IMG/VR virus record: IMGVR_UViG_3300049791_000126 | Source of the DNA: an uncultured virus (IMG/VR IMGVR_UViG_3300049791_000126) | Taxonomy: Duplodnaviria; Heunggongvirae; Uroviricota; Caudoviricetes | Length of the DNA: 64,000 nucleotides | Reading direction: 5' to 3' (one strand) | Shown here: piece by piece, positions 39,084 to 49,851 of the stretch | How positions within the stretch are numbered: the first letter of the stretch is position 1 | How the letters are laid out: each line of letters begins with the position of its first letter | Made by a program: the position numbers and the translations under genes | Notes under the pieces: model-generated | Database searches by the model: none | The model's input: only the letters and a program-made list of their open reading frames with translations | What the model was told of the DNA's origin: nothing

Positions 39084-39467
39084 TACTCCTGTGCTCAGGA
39101 GGGGTCGAGCCCGTGGCTGGCCGTGTCACAGCCCTTTGGACTCAGGCTCGACCCCATGCGTTTTACATGCCCTTCGACCCGCATGTTCCTGAACCGAGGA
39201 TCGCCCGATTCAGTGAATCTTACTCAGCAGGGCGGAGAAGGATGTTCCCGTCGACCTCTGGCGGTAAACTTGGCGAATCGAGATGAGCCGCATGCCAGTT
39301 ACGAGTTTTCTCCGCGAGCGCTAGCAGCAATTCCGCCGTCGCAAACGCAGCCTCATGCGTTTCAAATTCGACCCGCATCCCAAATTCTCCCGAAGGATAA
39401 ACCACCTTCACTGCATTGGCTCCAACGGGTAATGTGATCGTATCAAACCAAAATCTAGGGTACTGGG

Positions 39468-40370
39468 TCAATTTGAGTTTTCGCCGCCATCGGCCACGCG
39501 GCCTACTTTCTTCGAGCCCCACGGCGCGGCTGCGCGGTCCGGGAGCAGCGCGACCAGCTCAGCCAGTGTCCACACGTGGTCTGTGATGCCAGCGGCCATG
39601 GCCGGCGTCATCTTCTTCAGCGACTCGTGCTTGCGACAGAAGTTGTAGTGCATGAAGTGCAGCGCGATGGCGTGCTCGTGGTTCTCAATTTTCTTTGAGA
39701 ACCCGTTCGTGAGTCGGGTGAAGCGGCGCATGCCCATCCGCATCGTCAAGTTCGCGCGCTCGACATAGGACGTGGAAACGTGGTCGAGATCTGGGTTGCC
39801 GTGCCGCACGTCGACCTTGGTGCCGATGCACTCCGGCTGGCTGTACTTGCCTGCTGAATCGGTGCCGGTCTGCCCGGCGTAGATCTTCACGAGTTGCGCG
39901 TAGTCAATGTCGCCGTCGAAGGCTAACGTGGTCGCGTAGCGATACGACTTCAGGGCGTCCGTGGTGAGCTGGATTCGCCCTTCCATTCGGCTTGCCACGT
40001 CGAGCATGAACTTCATCGCAGAGTCCTGGCTGCGGTCGCCCACGAACCACGTGATGGCGAGCTTCGAGTCCGCGTCGATCGCTGTCCACGTCCAGACAGA
40101 GCCCACGCCGGGCATGCCTTTCATGCGCCCCGGGACGTTTTTTTCCTTGGCATAACAGAAGGACCAGATCTCGTCGGCTTGCACGCGCTTGCACGGCAGG
40201 CTGCGTAGGGCCTGATCTTGGTACTCGTCGCAGGCCGCTCCGAGATCGGCGACCAGTCGGAGCACGGTGCCCTTCGCGACGCCCGTCATGCGGCACGTCG
40301 CGCGGACGCTGCACCCTTCGACGAGTGCAGCGATCACTTGCTGCCTCCGCTTGCTATCGAGCCGGTTCAC
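39468..40370 (-). CDS. IS1-family DDE transposase (HTH + DDE)
   Basis: LVEGCSVRATCRMTGV HTH, QADEIWSF, TTDA and ERANLTMR...RFTRLTNGFSKK; stop lies inside the TIR. Confidence 0.92.
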   Translation of the reverse strand: MNRLDSKRRQQVIAALVEGCSVRATCRMTGVAKGTVLRLVADLGAACDEYQDQALRSLPCKRVQADEIWSFCYAKEKNVPGRMKGMPGVGSVWTWTAIDADSKLAITWFVGDRSQDSAMKFMLDVASRMEGRIQLTTDALKSYRYATTLAFDGDIDYAQLVKIYAGQTGTDSAGKYSQPECIGTKVDVRHGNPDLDHVSTSYVERANLTMRMGMRRFTRLTNGFSKKIENHEHAIALHFMHYNFCRKHESLKKMTPAMAAGITDHVWTLAELVALLPDRAAAPWGSKKVGRVADGGENSN

Positions 40371-40444
40371 GCCCGATCTTATGCTCGCGCGCGCGTGGAC
40401 CTTCCGCAATGGGCGGACATAGAATGTCCGGAACGGGGCGCCGC

Positions 40445-40612
40445 CTACGAGGCTTTGCCAGTTTTCACGGCGTTAGCCTTGGCGCGGGCGCGGCCAGCCT
40501 TGGTGGCTTCCCGGCGCGCTTCTCTCGGGGAGATCTTTGGCTTTTGCCCCGTAGCCTGAGCGACGACACGAGCGGCGATCTGGTTGAAGTCGAGCGACTT
40601 GCGAGCGGCCAT
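40445..40612 (-). CDS. 55-aa basic protein of the kind accompanying such IS1-like elements
   Basis: MAARKSLDFNQIAARVVAQATG...KAGRARAKA; not in the ORF track. Confidence 0.65.
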   Translation of the reverse strand: MAARKSLDFNQIAARVVAQATGQKPKISPREARREATKAGRARAKANAVKTGKAS

Positions 40613-40644
40613 AGACTGGCAAGTCTAGCATGAGGTGCGCTTGG

Positions 40645-41274
40645 CTATACCCAAGGCAATCTCTGCATTTTTCCTAACCAAGCTTTCCCACGTTGTTCCG
40701 CGGTTGCCACATCTTCGGGGCGCCATTCTTTGCTGGGATCGTTGAAAATGGCTTCGATCTGAACTGGCCCCCCTATAAAATTGCAGCCCTCGGAGGAGAT
40801 CCTCACGCATGCCCAGCAAATCGCTGCCGCCTCAGCCACGGAGAGTTGGTTATTCCAAAGGAAACTCATGAGCGAATGGGTCGTAGCGCCTAACCCCATG
40901 GCTAGCCATCGATTGGGAATTGGCGTGGCAGATCGCCAGCTGAGTAGTCCCTCTTGGGTACGCTCTGCCTGCACTACCGCGAGACCATCTACTGGATTTC
41001 CGCAAACGCACCCGGCATCAGGGAAGCCAGGGGTTGACGCGCAATATTCACGAACCAATCGGGCCAACTCAAGTGCTGATCCCGCGCTTTCCCAAGCTGA
41101 GATCTTTGGGCCTGTCAGCCACTGACCTGCACCACAGACGCCCATCAGATTATTCCCATAGCGCAGGACCTTTTTCTGGTCGTCGCGTGACGAGCGAGAT
41201 CCCAAATTGGTCTCACGTGAATCTGAAGCCACGACAATGCCGTCAGCCGTACAGGCGGCCATGACGAGCGTCAT
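40645..41274 (-). CDS. Proteasome-beta-like Ntn hydrolase (IS passenger)
   Basis: Met-Thr N-terminus, GIVVASDSR, KK, GVCG and IGGPVQI. Confidence 0.75.
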   Translation of the reverse strand: MTLVMAACTADGIVVASDSRETNLGSRSSRDDQKKVLRYGNNLMGVCGAGQWLTGPKISAWESAGSALELARLVREYCASTPGFPDAGCVCGNPVDGLAVVQAERTQEGLLSWRSATPIPNRWLAMGLGATTHSLMSFLWNNQLSVAEAAAICWACVRISSEGCNFIGGPVQIEAIFNDPSKEWRPEDVATAEQRGKAWLGKMQRLPWV

Positions 41275-41409
41275 GTCCGAGCTCGGCGAGCTTCCCACGC
41301 CCCAATCGGATAAACCCCACGACGCTTCGTTATCCCAGCCCACAGTTGCCTCGCGATAGCCATGGGAATTGCTTACTAGCGTGCTCTGGCACCCAGAGTA
41401 AGGCGGGGC

Positions 41410-41697
41410 TCAGTCGGCAGCGGGCGCTGACGCCAGGAACGCCGAAATCTGCTCCAAGGCGGCTCCCGCGGCCAGCAACTCGGAAGCGATAGCCGCCGCG
41501 TGTAGGGCCGCGCTGCGCAGCACGGTGGCGCGGGCCCGGATCTCGTCGGCGTCGCTGAAGAAGTCCAAGCCGCTGGTCAGCGACCTGGCAATATCGGCCA
41601 GCCGCTCGGCTTGGGTGTGGGCGCCGCTGATCGCGTCGCGGGCGTGCGCCCGAAGCGTGGCGACTTCGATTTCCACGATCTGGATTTTCCGCTTCAT
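41410..41697 (-). CDS. Helical hypothetical protein (IS passenger)
   Basis: 95-aa ORF just inside the TIR. Confidence 0.5.
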   Translation of the reverse strand: MKRKIQIVEIEVATLRAHARDAISGAHTQAERLADIARSLTSGLDFFSDADEIRARATVLRSAALHAAAIASELLAAGAALEQISAFLASAPAAD

Positions 41698-41786
41698 TCC
41701 GAACGGAATCGCGCGAATCGCAGGCGTTTTCTAGGGCTAACTCAAATTGACCCATTACCAAATCTAGCCATGTTCGTATCTACCTT

Positions 41787-42386
41787 TCATTCAGCTGGCA
41801 ACGTCGCCAAGATCTTTCGCACCGCTGCCGCCTGGTAGGCGACTTTCTTCGGCGCCATCCCCATCGTGCAGCTCCCCGAGAAGCCCGCGATGGCGGCCTG
41901 GATCTCGTCCCCCGCGAACGCCTGCTTGCACATCGCGCGCGATCCAGCGAGGAGCTTGGCGGCGTGCCAGGCGGCGAGCTCGGTCGCTTCGGGGGTAGAG
42001 GCGTGCATCGCATCCCAGTCGGCCTGCGGGAAGACGGAGAGCTTCCACTGCTGCCAGGGGCCGTGAGCTCGGGCGACACCGAAGCGGTCCGAGTCGCAGC
42101 GCGCGCCGACCGGTCCCTGATCGCAGTGGCCCTCATGCACGTACTGCGCGAAGTCGGATTCGAAGTGGCCCTTGCCGAGCAGCAATGACGCGAGCAAGCG
42201 GCGGTCGCTGAAGATCGGGCGGCACTGCTCGACAGGGAGGCCCGTGCAAGCCGCGCGCTTGGTGACGTTATTGATTGAGTCCGCCACGATGTGCATGCGC
42301 GCAGCGCGCTCCGCCTTGGACTCCGTGTCCGTCTTGTGGGGCGTCATGCGCATCAACGCTTCGAAGATCGAGGTAAGTAAATCCAT
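41787..42386 (-). CDS. Lytic transglycosylase-like protein
   Basis: FESDF (candidate catalytic Glu) and GPWQ. Confidence 0.5.
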   Translation of the reverse strand: MDLLTSIFEALMRMTPHKTDTESKAERAARMHIVADSINNVTKRAACTGLPVEQCRPIFSDRRLLASLLLGKGHFESDFAQYVHEGHCDQGPVGARCDSDRFGVARAHGPWQQWKLSVFPQADWDAMHASTPEATELAAWHAAKLLAGSRAMCKQAFAGDEIQAAIAGFSGSCTMGMAPKKVAYQAAAVRKILATLPAE

Positions 42387-42700
42387 GGGGAGTGTTTCTA
42401 GCGGGGAGGGGTAGGGGAGTCAAATTCAACAGTTCGGGCCGAGGCACAGCACGAATGAATGATGCGGTGATCCGGGCGTGGGACAGAGGAGCGCTGGGCT
42501 GCCGTACCATTCTTCGTAGGTCTTGCCGGGTGGCAGGTGAGAATCCGGACCCATATCCCAAAGCCGATCGCAGGTCGTTACATCAGCGCCCTGCACAAGC
42601 GCGAGCAGCCACACGAGGAGCATCCGGATCACGAACGAAAGCGTCATCGCTTCCTCGCCCAGAACAGCAGCAATCGATCCGCGCGTCCTTCGATACCGTT

Positions 42701-43614
42701 CTATTTGAAGCGAGGGGCGTCTGACGATAGGCGCGAGCACTCCTCGGCGTGCACCTCGAATTCGAGCAGCGCTCCACCTGGGGTACGGACGCTCACGTAC
42801 ATGGGAGGAACGTAGTCGTTGTCCGCCCAGCGTTTCTCCATGAACGACTGCGCGAGCACCCGGATCGGTGCACTGTCAATGTCGAAGGAATTGTAACAGC
42901 TGTCGAATACGGCTTCCTCCGCGCCTTCTTCCTCTTGGTTCTCCGGATCCCAGATCTTGAACGTGACCTTCATGGCCACTCGTAGTGCGGCGTGATACCG
43001 ACCAGCGGGATCTCTTCGGATGGCGGCGGCTTCTGCTCGGTGAGGGACGGGTGGGCCCTGAAGTACGGATCCGGCCATTCGTAATCGAGCCGCGTACGCG
43101 CGCCCGTCGCTTCGCGCTTGCCCTCTTCCAAGAACCGATCGCTCTCCGCGACGTGCCGGAGCACCTCATCACGGATCTCGGGCGTGTCGCAGACGCCACC
43201 GATGGCAACGCGATGAGTCAGCCGCCAGCCGGCGCGTTCGTGTTCGTGTTTCCTGCACACCGCAACCAAGCACTCTGGGTGCTGCGGCTCGGCCACTCCC
43301 ACGCAGAACGCGCAGCTCCCCTCCGGTTTCTGCTTCGCGTCCTCTACCGCCTTGTCGATGAGCCAGCGCTTGCCATAGCGGAGCGACTCGGCGCGCGTCG
43401 CTTCCGTGTCGACCGAGCCGTTGGCGCAGCGCTCTTCGTGGAAGTGATGCGCCACTGTGCAGTCGGCGGACGCGCAGATCTGCCAGTCCCCGCTGCCCCA
43501 ATGACCAGCGGGCCCTTCCGCGCAGAAGGAGCAGAGCCCTTCGGGAGCTGGCCTAGGATCTGGATCGAAAACCGATCGAGCGAAGCTTTCAACGCTGATT
43601 TTTATCTGGAACAT
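42701..43614 (-). CDS. Two coupled hypothetical genes (42970-43614, Cys-rich; 42701-42973)
   Basis: ATGA overlap; CxxC motifs. Confidence 0.55.
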
Positions 43615-43641
43615 TTCGTATTTTCTTTCTCTTTTTTTTGC

Positions 43642-44097
43642 TCAAAGCGTCACCGGGAACTGCTCGACCTGCACGGCGACGCCCCGCTGGGCCACCATCT
43701 TGGTCACGAGATCGATGGTGCGCCCAGTGCCCGTGCTCCCCGTCGGGAAGGCAATGAAGGCGATCCGGTAGCCCGCCCCCTTGAACGCGAACAGCACCTC
43801 GGCGCACAGCCGATTACGGATCGGTCCTGCTGGTTTCTTGAGCCGCTCCCAATCCGCGGGGAAGCCGTAGCAACGGAATCCGAGCTTCTCCGCGGCGTGA
43901 GCCGCGAGCTTGTCGAAACCAACCGATCCGTTTCTGCCTTCGCCGTCCCCGTGAATGAAGACCCCTCCGCTGGGCGCGGCGTACTTCTCGAGCGCGGCAA
44001 GGATCCGCGGGTAGTGATCACGACGGAGATCGCGTGATCCCGAACCGAAGACGCACCAGGGTTCTGCCCCGGGACAGTTTACATGTATGTTGGTCAC
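43642..44097 (-). CDS. SLOG-superfamily (DUF2493/YspA-like) protein
   Basis: GSRD, HGD, GFDKLA, FPADW, AGPIRN and GT motifs. Confidence 0.8.
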   Translation of the reverse strand: MTNIHVNCPGAEPWCVFGSGSRDLRRDHYPRILAALEKYAAPSGGVFIHGDGEGRNGSVGFDKLAAHAAEKLGFRCYGFPADWERLKKPAGPIRNRLCAEVLFAFKGAGYRIAFIAFPTGSTGTGRTIDLVTKMVAQRGVAVQVEQFPVTL

Positions 44098-46100
44098 GAC
44101 TTCACCGCCAGCCGCCGCTCGAGTTCGTGGATAGCCTTCAGTGCGCCCCGAGTATCTACGCCATCCTTTGGGCCATACACCTCGACAAATTCACGCAGCA
44201 TCCCCGCTGGCCAATCTTCGGGAAGGTCATCATTGCTGGGATGCGGGGGATCGGCTGCTTTTGGTGGCCTATGCCCAACTGACTCGTAACACTCGGCCCC
44301 GCAGTAGCAGCACTTCGCGCAACCATCACGCCGACACTTGTGTGCACCTTCGCAGTTGCACACAAACTCCACCCCACCAACGCTAGCCGGCTGCGTGGGT
44401 TCACCGGCGCGGGCGCGGTAGCCTCGGACGACGGGTAGCGCGACACACCAACAGGCAGGGTCGGCGGTGAGGGATACGCGGCGGACGGCTGTGACGGCGC
44501 AACCTGGGAAATCCCAGAACCACACCTTCTTATTTGCAGTATCGCCCCAGACTGCCCGCAGCAGTCTTCCGGAAATAGTAAGCCTATTCCCTGTTTTGAT
44601 GTCGTCGTACTCGCCCGGCTCCAGCGTCACGTCCGCGGCTGCGCGGATGATGGTGGACGGATCGCATACGGGTCCCGCGTTGCACTTAGCGTGGTGCGCG
44701 CGGTAATGCTCAACGCGATCGGCATCGACCGATTGGATAAAGTCAGTTGAATTGTTTCCGCAGTTGAGGCAGCTCAACGTGAGCTTCACGTGTCGCAATT
44801 CGAGTGGCGTCGCCTCAGCTTGCGGGGCTTGCTCTGGTAGCGGGTCCGCGAGCCAGAAGTGCTTCTGCCGAAATTCCGCTTCTTCTTCGGGAGCAACTGG
44901 AGTCTCCAGGACGTGCTTTGCCCACGTAATGCGATGTCGCCAGGTTGAGCCGACCAGGATTGGGCGATCGGCTTGTCGCTGCGCCTCAAACCACTCCCGC
45001 GAGTGAGCCCCACACGACCAGCAGGGGCGAGCGAGCAGTGTCCCCACGGTCAATTCGCTCTCATCTTCCAAAGGCGGCGTTGGGACCTGTTTGCAAACCG
45101 CGATCGCAACCCAGTCACCGGTCGAAAGACGCACGACTCCGTAGCCGTACCTCACTTCCTCAATCCTAGCTGGAGGATCTCCACTTGCGCTGACCCATAT
45201 CCTAGCGTCTGGGAACCATCCGCTATCTACCGACACTTGACGATTCCTTCTGCGCGCTTTGGGCGCTGTGGCACGCGAGCGCGCGCTCGGCGGTACTCCT
45301 GCTTCAGAAATGTCTGGTGCTCCGGGACGACGCGCCAGTGGCGCAAGCGCTCCGCGCTTTGACCGGATCCGAGGATCGTGCCCGATCGCGGAGCGATCAG
45401 GTAGTCGCCAGCGATGGGCCAGTGGATCTGAGCCCGGAGCGGCTCGCCCGACATCCCAAGATACTCGACGACCTTCTCGGCACCGGAGAGCGCGTGGCGG
45501 AGCTTGATGCAGCGCGGCACGCGCGGGGCGGCCTTCTTCAGGCGAAGCTCGAAGAGCGCTCGGTCGACCGGATCGCTCATACCCCTAAACCTTCCACGGC
45601 GAGGAGCGCCTCATCCGGAAGCGCGAAGCAGCGCGAGCACAGGTACCCTCCCGAGCGCCCGACCACCTTCACGACGAACGCGCCCGGCCTCTCGCTCGAT
45701 CCCAAACGCCACACGACGCTGCGCGTGTAAGTGATGTGCGCGACGCCTCGATCATCGACGAGCACGACGCGCGTGCCGGGCGACGTGTCTTCGGTCACGC
45801 CACCGAGCTCGACCGACTGCTTCATTTTTTCTCCATGGCGAGTGCCATGTCCTCGCCGAGCTTCTTGGCGAGGCTGACCACGATCTTCTGGGCGTTCGAG
45901 TCGTTGACCTGCACCGGCTGGAGCCGGCTCGTCAGACCCATGAGGGCGAAGGCCGCGAAGGTCTCGCTCTTGTCGAGGGGCCAGCAATACACTTTTTCGA
46001 TCGCCACCTCGATGCCTTGCAAATGCTGCATTAGCCGTTCTTCTTCTACCATGGCGTTTCCTACGTATCGGTCCCGGGGGATCTTTCCCTGCGGGCGCAT
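44094..46100 (-). CDS. Run of four hypothetical genes (44094-45236, 45227-45580, 45577-45825, 45822-46100)
   Basis: Consecutive overlapping ORFs. Confidence 0.55.
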
Positions 46101-46117
46101 TTCGGTCTCGACGGCGG

Positions 46118-46147
46118 AAGCTAGCACTGCTATCACGGTGATGTCAA
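46118..46147 (-). promoter_or_regulatory. Putative sigma70 promoter TTGACA-N18-TAGCTT (extended TG) at a divergence point
   Basis: Read on the minus strand upstream of ATG 46100; contains GTGATAGCA. Confidence 0.55.
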
Positions 46148-46209
46148 CGTCCTGGCAAACGAGGCTCCCTCGGGAAGGTCTCGAGCACCGCTGGCGTAGC
46201 ACATCACCG

Positions 46210-49202
46210 ATGACGATCATCATCCACCTGCCTGACGGCACCGGCCGAACCCTCTGTGGCAAGATCTGTCAGCAGATCTCCGTGCGTGGGGTGATGTACT
46301 GGCGCACGCGCTGGCTCCCGGTCATCTCTCCGAGCCAATGCGTCGAGGAAGCCACCTGCAAAGCGTGTCATCGAGTCGACGACTCGCGCGCAGTCAAGAA
46401 CTACCTCCGCGAGTGCCGTGAAGCTGCGGTCGATCCGGACACCCTACAGCCTCTACCGAAAGCCAAGCCATGAGCCTCCTCGATCCCGATTTACTCAATT
46501 CCCGCAACCCTCGCCTATTTGCTATCCTTTCGGGGGCGCGACCTGCTGCTCGCATCAGCACGGGCATCTATTCTGTGGCGACGTTCAATTTTAATCTCCT
46601 GCTCAGCAGCGATTGGGATGACTTCCCGAATGATCTGCCAGGTGGGCTCGAAGGGTACGGGGTCGTCGACTCTGTCGAGCAATTCATCGATCGGTTCTGG
46701 GGTGCGCTCTCGGATGACCCTCATGGCTACTGCGTAGCCTTCACACGCGTCCGCAAAAGCGAGCAGCCAGCGGAGGGTGGTGGCGCTGGTGCAAGTGGGG
46801 CCCGTACCTTGGCGCGGGCTCGCCGCAATGTGACTACCTTCACGATGAGCCGCACTTCAGCGAAGTCTTTTGCTTCCACGTGTTCCGCCACAAGAGTTGG
46901 CGTTTACGGCTGGCACGAGGAACCATGACCGACTCCAGCCGCCCTCCCGCCTTCAAGATCCCGTCTCCCAAGACCGCTCCGCTCTTCCTCTTCTTCGGCA
47001 AGGGCGACTACGTCGTGGCGCGCTCAGCAAACGAGGCCGCCTGTCTATGGATGGACCACTTCGATGATCTCGGCTACGCATGGGAATTTCAGCAACTCGC
47101 CAATAGCGATCCCATCGACATCTACCTCGACTCGGATGACACTGCCTGCACCCTGACTCCCATGACCCTCGCCGATCTCGACAGCGAGCGGGCGCGATGT
47201 CAGTCGCCGGAGATCAATACTTGGAGTGCAGCAGAGCTCGTTGAGCGCTTCGGGCTCGGCTACCTCGCTTCCACAGAGGAATGAGTCATGTGCGAAGGAA
47301 CCGACTGGGAGCCCACGGTCACCGCTGAGGTACGGCGGAAGGCGCGTAAGGCGCACCGCTGCGCCGAGTGCCGGAACCTCATCCCGGCCGGCACGCTCTA
47401 CATGCGCTGCTCGTCGCTCACCGATGGCCATTGGGGCGACTGGGCCGCGTGCCTCAAGTGTCACCGCGTCGAGAAAGCGCACGCCGCCGCCGAGCGTTCC
47501 ATGGGCGGCTCTTCGAGCTACTACGTCGGCCAGCTCCTCGAGCAGGTCAAGGAGTGCATCCGAGAAGAGCCGCACTACGTGGTCGCGTTTCGAGCGGCAT
47601 GGAAGGGTGCGCCGGTGCCTCCGGCGCCCATCGATCGATCTCGATATTCAACGGTGCTCTCGGGGTCCACATGAGACTCACCGCTGCCCAATGGCGCCTG
47701 CTCGCCGATCTCGCTCAGCCCAAGCCTCCGCCCGTTTGGGATCTGTATTGGTACTTCCAGAAGAAAAACCTCCCAACGCTCCAGGTGCTCGCGAGCCTCG
47801 GCTACGCCCAGGCAGGCGAGTGGGACATCAACCGCTACGGCTATCAGATCACCGAGGCAGGCAAAGCGAAGCTCGCAACGTACGGGCGGAGCTACCGATG
47901 ACTGACGACGCCACCCGTCGCCCCGGCACCGTGCACCGCCAGAAGGCGCGGCGGCAGCACGACTGCGCCGAGTGCCCCGATCCGATTCTGAAGTGCCAGG
48001 AGTACGTCTTCCTCAACACCTTCGATCGCGGCCAGTGGTCGCGGTACGTGCTCTGTCTCGAGTGCGAGCGCATCCTCAATTGCCACCGCGTGGCCGAGCT
48101 TGCGCTCGGTGTCACCCTGGCTTTTGGGGCGGGCACGATGCGACGCGAGCTGAAGGAATGGTTCGAGGGGGACGCAGCGTATCAGGTGGAGTTTCGGAAA
48201 GCCTGGCGCGTGAGCGCGCCGATGAAAGAAAGTGAGCCAGCATGAGCAAATCACCCCCTAACTTCTGCAAGAATCGCCTCCCCGATCACACCGATTTTTA
48301 CACGTGCGGAAACATCACGCTCCCGAACAACACGTCCTGCCTCACGTGTAGACCGGAACAACTAACGCGGCACCGACGCCTCATGCAACTCAAGGAAACA
48401 GGATTCCTGGCCGCGAAGTACGCTTACGAGAAGCTGCTCTCCGAAGGCATCCCCAAGTGACCGAGCATCGTACCCCTCAGGGCAACGAATGTCTCGGCTC
48501 GGCGTACGGCTACCAGGGCGGAGAGATGCAATGGTGCTGCGCACCGACGAAGCCCGGGCGGCGCTTCTGCGATCGGTGTCAAGAGGAACGCCTGCGCATC
48601 GCGACGCGCCTCGTTGGACAACTCCAAGCCAGACTCGACTGGGAGACCGAGAACCTCAATCTGTTGAGGCAAGAAACACTCCTATGACCCTCATGGATCT
48701 CGCCCACCTCGCCCACCCCGAAGGCGACAAGTGCTACCAGGTGACCAACGAATACCGCGAGTGCTCGGTCTTCGTGTGGGCGCGCTTCCACGCCGAGGCT
48801 CGCCGCCACGGCGCCTCTGTGCTCGACGGCGAGTGGGACGACGTTGACTGCGAACGCTTCCCCGAGCTCGATCACTTCGAAGGCGATCTCTTGGCCCACC
48901 TCCTCGATCGCGGCTGGGCATTTGACTGCAGCGAGTGTGACCAGCGCGTCGGCCTACCGGAAGCCTATCGCGACGAGGACGACATCTTCTGCTCGAAGGA
49001 GCAGGCTGTGAAATACCGCGCGCACTGGGGCGCCGTCCACGCGCTCGAGAAACGCTTCCTCGACTACGCTCGAGAGAAGTACCCCGAAGAAAGTCCTTCC
49101 CGCGCGCATGTCAATGTCGAAGGCGACGGCATCCTCTATACCGACCGCGGCTGCCGCATCATCGATCGCTCCGAACTCGACCCAAAGGATCCTCATGTTT
49201 GA
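46210..49202 (+). CDS. Run of small coupled early-type genes (46210-46473, 46470-~46930 frameshifted, 46925-47284, 47288-47674, 47671-47901, 47898-48245, 48242-48460, 48457-48687, 48684-49202), several Cys-rich
   Basis: ATGA/GTGA overlaps throughout. Confidence 0.6.
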
Positions 49203-49851
49203 AAATCTCAAAAAGGGCATGGTCTCTCTCGGCCTCGCCGAGAACGAAGAATCCGTACCGCCCCCGGCAGCGCTTCCGCCTACTCCCAGCACGCCGCCCG
49301 GCGCGCCCAATGCGCTCGTCACGCGCGAATGCATTGCCGACACGAACCGCTCCGACAAGTACGACGAGTCAGCGAAGGCCGCCCTCGCCGAGGTCTTCCA
49401 GAACACCAACGTGCGCCTCATCCCCGAGCTACAGTCGCTGCTCGCAACCTTGGAGGCCGCCATCCCGGTCGAGGCCCTACGCTTTCAGACCGCGCTCAAG
49501 ATCTTCTCTTCGAAGGGCACGCCCATCGCTGCCATCCTGTCCGAGTACGACGTGTATGCAGGCGCGCTCGAGGAGAAGAATCGGGTGTTCTCGAAGGAGA
49601 TCCAGGATCAGTTCGAGGCGCGCGTCGGATCCAAGATCAAAGCCGTCGAGGGCTACGACGCGCAGATCGCAAACCTGCAGAAGCAGGTCACCGAGCTCTC
49701 GGCGCAGCGAGAGACCGACCGAGCGGGTATCGCTGAGGCGAAGAGCAAACTCGAGCTGCTCCAGCAGCGGTTCGGGGTGCAGTACAACGCCACGCGGGTA
49801 CGCGTGGAACAACAGAAAGCCCAAGTGGCAGAACACGGGAAAGGTCTGTGA
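49195..49851 (+). CDS. Coiled-coil protein heading the transporter operon
   Basis: Heptad-rich C-terminal half; AAGGA before ATG. Confidence 0.7.
   Translation: MFENLKKGMVSLGLAENEESVPPPAALPPTPSTPPGAPNALVTRECIADTNRSDKYDESAKAALAEVFQNTNVRLIPELQSLLATLEAAIPVEALRFQTALKIFSSKGTPIAAILSEYDVYAGALEEKNRVFSKEIQDQFEARVGSKIKAVEGYDAQIANLQKQVTELSAQRETDRAGIAEAKSKLELLQQRFGVQYNATRVRVEQQKAQVAEHGKGL

Larger units (their letters stand above)
39459..41759 (-). mobile_element. IS1-family element with passenger genes, 2301 bp
   Basis: TIRs 39459-39479 and 41739-41759 match 20/21; 8-bp direct repeat AAATCTAG at 39451-39458 and 41760-41767. Confidence 0.93.
39220..41771 (-). pseudogene. 80-aa gene (MARFWFDTITLPVG...) interrupted after codon 4 by the IS element
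   Basis: ATG GCT AGA TTT at 41771-41760 with an upstream GAAAGG; the frame resumes at 39450 and ends at 39220. Confidence 0.8.

Noticed and set aside
39220..39522. 100-aa ORF as an intact gene
   Set aside because: Its first part is IS sequence; it is the 3' remnant of the disrupted gene.
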